The notes under the pieces are model-generated. The model was not told where the DNA came from, did no database searches, and worked only from the letters and a program-made list of their open reading frames with translations. 64,000 nucleotides of DNA, taken from assembly GCF_009914755.1 (NCBI RefSeq), contig NC_060928.1; one strand, written 5' to 3'. Shown here piece after piece: positions 49,401 to 63,405 of this stretch. The stretch is from the human T2T-CHM13v2.0 reference genome, Homo sapiens. Numbering within the stretch: the stretch's first letter is position 1; every line of letters begins with the position of its first letter. The translations under genes were made by a program, and so were the position numbers.

Positions 49401-52400
49401 GAGTACAGAGATCATTTTCATTTCTGTTAACGTAGCTAGTTTTGTGATAGTATGCATGAGATTTTTAATTATTGTACTTTTTCACAGTTTTGTATAACTT
49501 TCGTGTTCTTGTCATAGAACCGTATTAAGAGCCTTATAGAAACGATGAACAGAAAGCTCTGAGGCACATGGCTTTGGTAGTAATTAAATGGCAGCACATT
49601 TCAAAGCTATGGATATTTAATGTCTCCAAAGTATCAGTTTCACATTCGGTTCAATACTGTGTGTGGGAATGAAATGCAGAACAGTGTGTTATCACTGCTT
49701 AATCATGTAAATGGTATTCACATGTTAGGCCTCTGTTCTTAATTGAATTCTTGCTTCTTTATTTAGAAACTAAGATTTCTTGATAAGGTTAAATTGGTTT
49801 TAAACAGAAACATATTCTTAAGAAATTAATTTTCATATTTTCTTGCTGTTACTCAGTTGTAAGTGAATGTCACAGTGTGTGGTGGTGTGAGGGTGCTTCA
49901 CATTTTACCTTCATTCCGAAGATACAGCACAGAGCTGATGAGCAACGCAATGGAGATGGAATACTGACACTGGAAGAATATCTATGGCAATAATGTACTT
50001 TCATTCCTATTTCTGAACACAAAATGGTTCATAAACACCTGAAATTACTGCAAACTGGAAATTTAAAAAAAAATTAACTACACTGATTTTTTAGTGTATC
50101 TTTCCTGAGGCAATAACTTTAGATGTATCTCCTGTATCTAAGTAACAGAAAACATTCAGATGCTTAAGTCTTTCAGGCAGCAATGGTTTTAGTTCGGTTG
50201 CATCTAACGGACATTTCTTATGACTTACTAAAAATAGCTACTGCAGAACGTGCTTTAAGGTATATGTTGAGAATCTTTTTATTTTTGAAATTACTTATTT
50301 TGCTTCCTGATCAATGAATCCTTCATATTAATGAGTTTTGGAGACATTATCAATTGGGCTTCTGAAGTTCTTTTAGGGTATATGAAATTCCAAGAAAGCA
50401 GCTAGTTCATTGTTAAATTAAACATGGTTATTTATATATTAATGACATGTATATAAAACATTTGCTTTTAATTTCAGTTATTTATTTTTTTAATGGAAAT
50501 AAAACATTTGAAACATTAGAAAACCTGGTGAAATAGGAGACTCCTGACTATCGCTTCTTCCACAGACAAACTGAGTAAACACCTACACACAAATCAATTC
50601 TCTCCAAGAGAAAGGCAGAATCCAGTTGAAAGACTCCTACATACTGGATGACTGAGAAAACATCCGCATCAAACCAATAGGAAAAGCAGATACACTTGTG
50701 AATTAACCCCACCCTGAACACACTTGGGAAGGAAACTCCAACTTTCACTTTATCCTGAGGGGTGAGGGACTTGTAGCACACATAGTGTTCCACTTTCACA
50801 GTCCTTGTGAAGGGCTTGGCTCTTAAATCACTGTGCTGGAGGAATGAAAGAGACAATCTTCAGAGGATCTCCCTCAAACACAAAGAACAAAATGGGGGTT
50901 TGAACCATGTGAGCACCCTTAGCTGTTTGTTGTAGTCCCCTGAGATGAGCCCAGATTTCACCTTCCCCACTGATGGGGTGTGATCACATGCTTTTCCAGG
51001 AGCACCCTGTGGTTCTGGCCTCTAACAAGCCAGTATCTGGGAGCCTATATAGCAAGTAAGAATAAACCTCTTGGAGACTAAATGGGAGGATGATACTGCA
51101 CTGCCCACACCTTCTTCCGTTGCTTACTCCAGTGATAGCTCTACAATCTCCGTGGTGAGAGGTTGGAGGCCACTACCAGCAAGAATGGAGGGACAGCACA
51201 CCCTGTCTGCCCTGCCCTGCCATGCCCTCTTCCCTGGTTTGCTCCCATGATAAATGTCTGTCTGCAATCCCTCATTAGATGGTGGCAGAAGGACTCCTAT
51301 GTGCCTGAAAGGGAAAGTAGGCACTCCCTGACTCCCTGAACCTTTTTCTCTGGATTGCTTCAGCAATCACAACAGAAGGCTCCCCCTGCAAGGGATGGGA
51401 GGTGTGAAACTTCCACTTGCTTGAACAGGACAGCAGACACTTTCTGCACCTTTTCCACCAACTAGCTCCAGTGATAATCCTAGCCCTGAAATATCTCCAT
51501 GAAAACACATTTGAGACCTGTGTCAGTAACCATGGAAGTTATGGCACTCCCCACACCTTCTTCTCTGGTTTGTTCTAGAAATAAACTCTTGCTGTCTTTC
51601 TTTCACTGGAAGGAGGCAGGGGGACATCTTCATGTCTCTATGGGAATGCAGATACTCCCTGCACCTCCCTCCCTTGCTTGCTTTAGCAATAAGTCCAGGC
51701 CAGAAGTCTCTGTCTATTAGGAGGGTATGAAACTTGTGCTTCCTTCAGTGGGAGAGTGGGAACTTCATGCACTTTCTTCCCTGGCTTTCTCCTGAAATAA
51801 TTCCAAATATACAGACTCTCTCTGAGAGTAACTTCTGCATGCATCAAGTGCCCCAGCTTTTCAGCCTTCATCCTAAGAACTGACTCCTAAATCGCCTAGC
51901 TCTGGGAGTTAACAGAGCTCTATACTATCGAGTTTCTTAGACCACAGAGGAAAAAAAAAAGTGACTTTTAAACCTTTAAATGGTCATCAGTATTTTCTGA
52001 GGTTCAAAGTGAGCAATCTGATCAAAACTACGGGCATGTTCCTCAGTCCCTCTTCTTGGTGTAGAGCAAAATGAGTGGAAGGTTAATTTTGGTTCTCAGC
52101 TTTTCTGCAAAGAAAGAAGGATAAATCTAACATAAATCTGACAAACACCCCAACCTTTCCTGCTTTATCCCAAAGGACTGGCTTCTATCCTACCTCTCTC
52201 AAGGCAATAACATGACTTGACACTTTTTAATTTCTCTGGGGCTACAAATAACAAAGGCAGCAGGTTGGACAAATACAAAGAGTTGAAAGGCACCTAGAAT
52301 CACTGACTGTGCTGACTGAGGAGAAACATATCTTACATAAGACCAGAGTAACAAAACTTAGAGAGCTTGCTTGTTCATTCATAGCATGTACTGAAATCAA

Positions 52401-52499
52401 CACAGAGAGTCAAGGAAATTGAAGAAACAGGGAAACATATTCCAAATAAAAGAATAAAATACATCTCCAGAAGCCGATCTTAGTAAAGTGGAGATACAA

Positions 52500-53573
52500 C
52501 CGCTCTTGAGTCAGCTTGTGGTGAATGCTGCCTGGCCTAGGACTCACCCTTCAGGGCAATGGGGTCCTTTCTGGTTCAGGGCAGGTCCAGAAATGCCATC
52601 CAAGGGTCAAATTCTAGAATCAGGTACCCCAATAGCCTCCTTGGTGCTCTTCCCAGCATAGCCATACTGGTACCTGAAGCCAGTAAGTCTCAGAGGGTCA
52701 CCCAAGGCTTGCTACATAGTACTTGGGTATTGCTCCTGGTCATTAAGGGCCCAAGGGCTCTTCTGTTGGGAGATGATGAATGCTGCCAGAACTGGGCCCT
52801 TTCTTTCAAAGCAGTGGGTCCCCTTCTGGCCCAGAGCATGTCTACAAATGTCATCTGGGAGCAAGATCCTGGAATGAGGATCTCATGACTCTGATTGGTG
52901 CCCCTCTCCTGCTATGGCTGAATTGATACCCAAGATGTAAAGCAAAGTCCTTCCCACTCTTCTCTACTCAAGCATAAGGAAGGGGTCTTTTTTGGAGCTG
53001 TGAACTGTGCAGCCTGGGGTTAGAGGAGGGGTGATGCCAACACTCCCTTAGCTGCCCCAGCTCGTGTCTCAGTATGTCACATCCCCGCACCAGTCCACTG
53101 TCTCTGGGCCTAGTTCAGCACTAGGACCTGCCTATGAGTTGTAGTTCTTGAGAATTCAAGTTTGGACTACTGGGATCAGCGAATCCCCTTCTGGTTAGGG
53201 CTGATCTAAATGCTTTCTCCATGGGCAGCATCAGCTGAGTTAGGTATGGTTTTCCTTTCTGCTCTAACAGGACAGCAGTGAGTTCAATGCCTTACAGTTG
53301 CTGTGTTCTCCCTCCCCCAGTGTCCAGATATGCTCTCTGCACCCTGCCACTGCTGCTGAGGGGAGAAGAAAGGGTGGTGTCAGTGATTAACTACTGCTTT
53401 TTCTACCTCTTCAATGCCTCTTTCAGTGATATAAAGTTACCACCAGGTACTATGAGTGCTCACCTGGTTTATGGTTCTTATGAAGGTGATTTTTCTGTGT
53501 AGATAGTTGTTAAATTGATGTCTTTGCAGGGAGGACGATTGGTTGAACCTTCTATTCTGCCACCTTGCTCCTC
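52500..53573 (-). mobile_element. Isolated L1M1-type 5' UTR
   Basis: Reverse strand begins gaggagcaaggtggcagaatagaagg (L1 5' end with YY1-like site); internal L1M1 5' motifs. Confidence 0.75.
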
Positions 53574-53782
53574 TGATTTGCATATCGTTTTCAATTGCAC
53601 ACAGATCATTCTCCAAAATAGATCGTATGTTAGGCCACAAAATAATTCTTAACAAATTTAAGAGATTGCAATTATATTGAGTATCTTTTCTGATCACAAT
53701 GGCTTAAAACTAGAAATAAATAACAGGAGGAATCTTGGAAAACTCACAAGTAAATGGAAATTAAATAATATGTTCTTGAACA

Positions 53783-54082
53783 GGCCGGGCGCAGTGGCTC
53801 ATGCCTGTAATCCCAGCACTTTGGGAGGCCACAGCAGATTGATCACTTGAGGCCAGGAGTTCAGGACCAGCCTGGCCAACATGGCGAAACCCTCTCTACT
53901 AAAAATACAAAAAGAAAAAAAAAAAATTAGCCTGCATGGTGGCACATGTATGTAATCCCAGCTACTTAGGTGGCTGAGTCATGAAAATCACTTGAACCCA
54001 GGAAGTGGAGGTTGCAGTGAGCTCAGACTGCACCACTACCCTCCAGCCTGGACAGCAGGGTAACTGTATCAAAAAAAAAAAA
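53783..54082 (+). mobile_element. Alu (S or J), full length
   Basis: ggccgggcgcagtggctca start, dimeric, A tail; no clean TSD. Confidence 0.93.
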
Positions 54083-56083
54083 TCTTGACACAAACGAAAA
54101 TGGAAATAAAACACACTAAAACTTATAGAATCAGCAAAAGCAGTCTTGAGAGGGAGTTTATAGCAATAAGTGCCTTCATCAAAAAAGAAAAAAGATCTCA
54201 AATAAACAACCTAATGTTACATCTCAAATAACTAGAAAAGAAAACTATAGTTTGGCCAAACTTCACAGAAGAAAGGAAATAGCAAATATCAGAGAAGAAA
54301 TCTGCTAAATAGAGACAAGAAAAACAATAGAAAAGATAAACCTAAAAGCTGGGTTTTTGAAAAGGTACACAAAATTGATAAATTTTATCTAAACAAAGAT
54401 TATATTCATCGGTGAAAAGCTGAAAGCTTTTCTTTTAAGGTCAGGAACAAAATAAAGATGCCTACTCTGGCACCATCTATCCAACATAGTAATAGAATGC
54501 CTGGCCAGAGCAATTAGGCAAGAGAAAGGAATAAAAGCCATGCAAATCAGAAGGGAAGAAGTAAAATTATCTCTATTTGGTAATGGCATATCTTATATAT
54601 TAAAAACTGTTATTTTATAAAAAAGTAAAAACTGACAAATTCAGTAGTTTCATGCTACAAAATTACCACACAAAAAATCAGTAGCATCCCTATATACTAA
54701 CAACAAACTATCCAAGAAAACAAATTAAGAAAAAAAATCCCATTTACAATTGCATCAAAATAAAGAAATATAATACATAAATAAAATTTTAGGAAGTAAA
54801 TTTAACCAAAGAAGTGGGAGATCTGTGCACTGAAAACTGTAAATCATTGATGAAAAATTGAAGAGGACACCAATAAATGAAAAACTATTCCATGTTCCTA
54901 GATTGGAAGAATTAATATAGTTAAAATGTCCATACTACCCGAAGTGATGTATATATTTAATTCAATTTCTATCAAAACTTCATGTTATTTTCCACAGAAA
55001 TAGAAAAGAAATCCTCAAATTTGTATGGAACCAAAAAAGAGGAAAAAATACTAAAATTTATATGGAACCAAAAAATACCCCAATAGCAAAAGAAGTCTTA
55101 AGCAAAAGGAACAAAGCTAGAGGCATCCCACTTTCTGATTTCAAAGTATATTATGAAACTAATTGTAATCAAAACAGCATGATACTGGTATAAAAAGACA
55201 CATCAACCTATGGAAGAGAGTAGAAAGTCCAGAAATAACCCCATGTATTTACAATCCTTTTACTTTTGGAAAAAGTACCAAGAACACACAATGAGAAAAG
55301 GACAGTCTCTTCAATTAATACTTCTGGGAAAACTGGATATCCCCATACAGAATGAAATTAGACCCTTATCTCACAGCATATACAGGCTGCTCTCCATATT
55401 TACTGCTTCTGCATCTGCGGATTCAACCAACCACAGATCAAAAATATTTGACAAAACTAACAATAAAAATAACAATAAAGCAATAAAAACAATACAAATA
55501 AAAAACAATACAGTACAGTATATTAACTATTTATATGGCATTTACTTTATATTAAGTATTATAAGTAATCTGGAGGTGACTTAAATTATACAAGAGGATG
55601 TGCATAAGTTATATGCAAATACTATATCATTTTATATAGGCATATCTCATTTTATTGTGCTTTGCTTTATTATACTTTGTAGATATTATGGGTCTTTTTT
55701 GTCTTGTGTTTGTTTTTTACAAATTGAAGATTTGTGGTGACCCTGTGTGGAGCAACACTATCGGCACCATTTTTCCAACATTATGTGCCCATTTCCTATC
55801 TCTGTGACATATTTTGTTAATTCTCACAATATTTCAGACAGTTTCATTATTGTTATATCTGTTATGATGATCTGTAATCAGTGATCTTCAATGTTACTAT
55901 TGTAATTGTTTTGGTGCACCACAAACTGCACCTATATAAGACAGCAAACTTAATCAATAAATGTTGTGTGTGTTTTGACTCCTCCACTCACTGACTAGTC
56001 TATCATCTCTCTTCATCTCCTCAGCCCTCCTTATTCCCTAAGACACAACAATTTTGAAATAAGACCAATTCATAACCCTACAA

Positions 56084-56408
56084 GTTGCTGCAACATGGAT
56101 GGAAATGGAGGGCATTTTCTTAAGCAAACTAATACAGCAGCAGAAAACCACATGTTCTCACTTATAAATGGGAGCTAAAAATTGAGTGCACATGACACGA
56201 AGAAAGGAACAATAGACCCCAGAGCCTACTTAAGGATGGAGGTTGGGAAGAGGATGAGGATTGAAAAACTACCTGCCGAGTACTGTGCTTACTACCTGGG
56301 TGATGAAATAATCTGTACACCAAACTCCCACAACAGGCAATTTACCCATGTAACAAACCTGCACATGTACCCACTGAGCCTAAAATAAAAGTTGGAAAGA
56401 AAAAAAAA
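56084..56408 (+). mobile_element. L1PA15-like 3' end inside Tigger1
   Basis: TSD ataaccctacaa (56072-56083) / atgaccttacaa (56409-56420). Confidence 0.88.
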
Positions 56409-56977
56409 ATGACCTTACAATGGCCTCTAAGTATTCAACTGAAAGGAAGAGTTGCACAGCTCTCAATTTAAATCAAAAGCTAGAAATAAAATAAGCTTAG
56501 TGAGTAAGGCATGCCAAAAAGCTGAGACAGGCTGAAAGCTAAGCCTCTTATACTAGACTTGTGAGTACAAGTTAGCCAAGTTGTGAGTACAAAGGAAACG
56601 TTCTTAAAGGAAATTAAAAGTGCTACTTCGGTGAACACAGGAATGATGAAGTGAAACAGCCTTATTGCTGATATTAAGAAAGTTTGCTTAGTGTGGGTAG
56701 ATCAAACCAGCCACAACATTCCCTTAAACTAAAGTTGAATCCAGAGTGAGACCCTAACTTTCTTCAATTCTATGAAAGCTGAGAGGGGTGAGGAAGCTAC
56801 AGAAGAAAAGTTGGAAACTAGCAGAGGTTGGTTCTTGGGATTTAAGGAAAGAAGCCATCTTCACAACATAAAAGTGCAAGATGAAGCAGCAAGTGCTGAT
56901 GTAGAAGACGTAGCACATTATCCAGAAAATCCAGCTAAGATTATTGATGAAAGTAGCTACATTAAACAACAGATTTT

Positions 56978-57084
56978 ATGTTGGATTCAGCAGCACACAT
57001 ACTGAAACTGGAATGATACAGAAAAAATTAGCATAGCCCCTGCTAAATGATGTCATGCAAATTCATGAAGTATTTCATATTTTT
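56978..57084 (+). pseudogene. U6 snRNA pseudogene (full length, diverged)
   Basis: attcagcagcacacatactgaaactggaatgatacagaaaaaattagcatagcccctgc...gcaaattcatgaagtatttcatattttt aligns end to end with U6; ACAGAGA box mutated; no PSE/TATA upstream. Confidence 0.93.
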
Positions 57085-58562
<1,478 letters not shown>

Positions 58563-60315
58563 AAATGAACGATTTTCAGTGGAGACAAAAAAGGCTTCTA
58601 TTAGAAGAAGATGCCACCTAGAATTTTCATAGGTAGAGAGAAGTCAATACTTGACTTCAAAGCTTCAAAAGACAAGCCAACTCTCTTTTAGGGGTTAATG
58701 AAGCTGATGTCTAGAAGTTGAAGCCAATGCTCATTTACTCAAAAATCCTAGAGCCCCTAAGAATTAATTATGCAAAGTTTACTCTGACTCTGCTCTATAT
58801 ATGGAACAATAAATCCTAAATGACAGTACATTAGTTTATAGCATCATTTACTGAATATTTTAAGCTTATGATTGAGACTTATTGCTAAGAAAAAGAGATT
58901 CCTTTCAAAATATTAATGCTGCTTGACAATGCACCTAGTCACCTAAAGTACTGATGGAGATGTACAAAGAGATGAATATGGTTTTCATGCCTACTAACAC
59001 ATCTATCCTGTAGCCCATAGATAAAGGAGTAATTTTGACTTTCGGGTCTTCTTATTTAAGAAATATATTTTGTAAACTATAGCTGCCATAGACAGTAATT
59101 TCTCTGATGAATCTGACCTAAGTAAACTGAAAATCTTCTGGAAGGTATTCACCATTCTAGATGTCATTAAGAAAATTCATGATTATGTCAGGAGTCCAAA
59201 ATACCAACATTAACAAAAGTTTGGAAGAAGTTTATTCCAACTCTTATGGATTACTTTCAGAAGTTTAAGACTTCAGTGAAGTAAGTAACTGCAGATGTGG
59301 TAGAAATTAAAAGCGAACTAGACTTAGAAGCGGAGACTGAAGTTGTTACTGAACTAAAATCTCATGATAAAACTTGAATGGATGAGGAGTTGTTTCCTAT
59401 GGATGAGCAAGAAAGTGGTTTCTTGAGATCAAATCTACTCCGGGTCAAGATGCTGTGAACATTGTTGAAATGACCACAAAGGATTTAAAATATTACATAA
59501 ATTTAGTTGATAAAGCAAACTGTAGGGTTTGAGAGGATTAATTCCAATTTGGAAAGAGGTTTTATTATGGGTAAAATGCAATCAAACATCACATGCTACA
59601 GAGAAATCCTTCTGCAAGGAAGAGTCAATTGATGCGACAAACTTCATTTTTGTTTCATTTCAAGAAATTGGCACAGCCATTCAAACCTTCATCAACCACC
59701 ACCCTCGTCAGTCAGCAGCCATTAATATCAAAGCAAGACCCTCCACCAGCAAAATGATTATGACTTGCTGAAGGCTCAAATGATCATTAGCATTTTTATC
59801 AATAAATAATTCTTAAATTTAGATATGTACTTTGCTTTTTTAAACCTAATTCTATTGTACACTTAATAAATTATGGTATAATATAAACATAACTTTTATA
59901 TATACTAGGAACCAAAAAAATTGTGTGACTTATTTGTGATATTTGCTTTATTGTGGTAGCCTGATCTAAACCAGCAATATCTTTTAGGTATGCCTTTAAA
60001 AGGGACTTGACAGCCTGTGGATTTTGGTATGCTCAGAGAGTCCTAGAAAAAATCCAATGAATACCAATCCAATGAGTTTAATCCCATGAATTCAAGGGAC
60101 AACTAAACAAAAATCAACTCAAACTGGATAAAATACTTAAATGTAAGACTAGTTATTTTAAAGCTGTTAGGAGAAAACATGTGGGAAAAGCTCCATGACA
60201 TTAATCTGGGCAATGATTTCTTGAGAAGTATTCCAGAAGCAAATGTAACAAAAGTAAAAATAGATATATAAGATTACATCACACTAAAGAGTTTCTGCAT
60301 GATAAAGAAAACATT

Positions 60316-60912
60316 GTGGAAGTCAGTGTGGAGATTCCTCAGGGATCTAGAACTAGAAATACCATTTGACCCAGCCATCCCATTACTGGGTATATACCCA
60401 AAGGACTATAAATCATGCTGCTATAAAGACACATGCACACGTATGTTTATTGTGGCACTATTCACAATAGCAAAGACTTGGAACCAACCCAAATGTCCAA
60501 CAATGATAGACTGGATTAAGAAAATGTGGTACATATACACCATGGAATACTATGCAGCCATAAAAAATGATGAGTTCATGTCCTTTGTAGGGTCATGGAT
60601 GAAATTGGAAACCATCATTCTCAGTAAACTATCGCAAGAACAAAAAACCAAACACCGCATGTTCTCAGTCATAGGTGGGAATTGAACAATGAGAACACAT
60701 GGACACAGGAAGGGGAACATCAGACTCTGGGGACTGTTGTGGGGTGGGGGGAGAGGGGAGGGATAGCATTAGGAGATATACCTAATGCTAAATGACGAGT
60801 TAATGAGTGCAGCACACCAGCATGGCACATGTATACATATGTAACCTGCACATTATGCACATGTACCCTAAAACTTAAAGTATAATAATAATAAAATTAA
60901 AAAAAATAAAAA
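60316..60912 (+). mobile_element. L1PA3-like 3' end
   Basis: Perfect TSD ataaagaaaacatt (60302-60315 / 60913-60926); near-consensus ORF2 C-terminus; G-rich 3' UTR tract. Confidence 0.93.
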
Positions 60913-62504
60913 ATAAAGAAAACATTCATTTTGTAAAGTCAAAAAAAAAAACACATAGTGAAGAGACAACCCGTAGACTGGGAAAAGATATTTTCAAAGC
61001 ATACATCTGATAAGGGGTTAATATTCAAAATATATAAGCAACTCAATAGCAAGGAAAAAGATAACCTGATTAAAAATTGAGCAAAGTATCTGAACAGACA
61101 TTTCTCAAAAAAAGATACAATCACCAATAGATATATTTAAAAACATTCAACATCTCTTATCATCAGAGAAATGCTAATTAAAACCACAATGAGATATTGT
61201 GGTTTTACCACATACCTGCTAGAATGGCTATTATTAAAAAGACAGATGATAACAAGTGTTAGTGAGGGTATGAAAAAAAAAGAACTCTTGTATAATGTTG
61301 ATGGGCATGGAAATTAGCATAGCCATTTTGGAAAATAGTATAGAATTTCTTCAAAAAACTAAAAATACAATTACATGTGATGCAGCAATCCCACTTCTGG
61401 GCATATATCTGAAGACATTGAAATCAATATGTCAAAGGGATAACTACACCCACATGTTCATTTCAGCATGATTCACAATAGCCGATATACTAAAACAACC
61501 AAAGTGTCCATCAATGAATGAATAAAGAAAATGTAGTATATATACACAATTGAATATTACACAGCCTTAAAAACACAATAAAATTCTGTCATTCATGATG
61601 ACATAAATAGAACTGGAAGATAGTATGCTAAGGGAAATAAACCAGGCACTGAGGGACAAATTCTGTATCATTTTCCTTATATGCAGAATCTAAAAAAGTC
61701 AATCTCATAGACGCAGAGTAGAAAAGTGATTACCAGAAGATGGGGGAACGTGGAAGGGATGCAGAAAGAAAAGATGCTAATGAAAGAGTACAAAGTTTCA
61801 GACTAGAGATATAAGTTTTATTGATTCATTACACTTCTTGGTAACCACAGTTAATATATTTTATATTTCAAAATTGCTAAAAGAATAGATTTTTAACATT
61901 CTTACATAAAAAATGATAAATTTGTGAGGTGATGGATATGTTAATTTGCTTGATTGAATCTTTTAATAATGTATACATAGATTAAAGCATTATGTTGTAC
62001 TCCATAAATATATACAATTGTTATTAGTTGATTAAAAATAAAATATAAAAAACTGAACCAAGCTAAGACAAAATATATAAACAAAATTTTCTTCAAAGCA
62101 GGAAAAAACTTCATTGAAACATATATACACATATACACCAAGGAAACATTGAAATATTTACTTCCTAAGTTATCCTTTTAATTTAGATAATAAACCCTTA
62201 ACAGTAATAAAGTGCTTATTTAAACTCAGGAAAGTGGCACTTAAACTTAGGAAATTATTTGTCACTCTTTCAGTTTTTGAATGAGTACAGAGAATAAATT
62301 TATTGTCAATCAAATGTGTTTTGCATTGTAATAATATAGTTATCTTACACCATAATGTGCTGAAGAAAATATTGAGAATGACTGTCAGAATATTTTATAG
62401 AAGTCTAGGATTTTGAAGGATTTCTGAATTCAAATCCCAAACCTTGCAACTGGCCATGTAGTATTAACTAAACATTACTGACTCTCAGTATAAAAGTGAA
62501 AACT

Positions 62505-63405
62505 GGAGAGGAGCCAAGATGGCTGAATAGGAAGAGCTCCGGCCTACAGCTCCCAGCGTGAGCGACGCAGAAGATGGGTGATTTCTGCATTTCCATCTGA
62601 GGTACCAGGTTCATCTCACTTGGGAGTGCCAGACAGTGGGCACAGGTCAGTGGGTGCGCGCACCCTGTGCGAGCCGAAGCAGGGCGAGGCATTGCCTCAC
62701 TTGGGAAGCGCAAGGGGTCAGGGAGTTCCCTTTCCGAGTCAAAGAAAGGGGTGACTGACGCACCTGGAAAATCGGGTCACTCCCACCCGAATACTGCGCT
62801 TTTCCGACCAGCTTAAAAAACGGCGCACCACGAGATTGTATCCCGCACCTGGCTTGGAGGGTCCTACGCCCACGGAGTCCTCTCGCTGATTGCTAGCACA
62901 GCAGTCTGAGATCAAACTGCAATGTGGCAGCCAGGCTGGGGGAGGGGCGCCTGCCATTGCCCAGGCTTGCTTAGGTAAACAAAGCAGCGGGGACGCTCGA
63001 ACTGGGTGGAGCCCACCACAGCTAAAGGAGGCCTGCCGGCCTCTATAGGCTCCACCTCTGGGGGCAGGGCACAGACAAACAAAAAGACAGCAGTAACCTC
63101 TGCAGACTTAAATGTCCCTGTCTGACAGCTTTGAAGAGAGCAGTGGTTCTCCCAGCACACAGCTGGAGATCTGAGAATGGGCAGACTGCCTCCTCAAGTG
63201 GGTCCCTGACCCCCAAGCAGCCTACCTGGGAGGCACCCCCCAGCAAGGGCACACTGACACCTCACACGGCCAGGTACTCCAACAGACCTGCAGCTGAGGG
63301 TCCTGTCTGTTAGAAGGAAAACTAACAAACAGAAAGGACATCCACACCAAAAACCCATCTGTACATCACCATCATCAAAGACCAAAAGTAGATAAAACCA
63401 CAAAG
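62505..63405. promoter_or_regulatory. L1 internal sense and antisense promoter
   Basis: Established property of the L1PA 5' UTR; YY1-like caagatggc at the 5' end; activity at this locus unknown. Confidence 0.7.
62739..62957 (-). CDS. L1 ORF0, intact, 72 aa
   Basis: MAGAPPPAWLPHCSLISDCCASNQREDSVGVGP...RVGVTRFSRCVSHPFL matches the 71-aa primate ORF0 plus one inserted codon. Confidence 0.8.
   Translation of the reverse strand: MAGAPPPAWLPHCSLISDCCASNQREDSVGVGPSKPGAGYNLVVRRFLSWSEKRSIRVGVTRFSRCVSHPFL

Noticed and set aside
51090-51810. CRISPR-like repeat-spacer appearance
   Set aside because: Repeats are highly degenerate, the spacers are about 80 bp and related to each other, there are no cas genes, and the context is a primate L1
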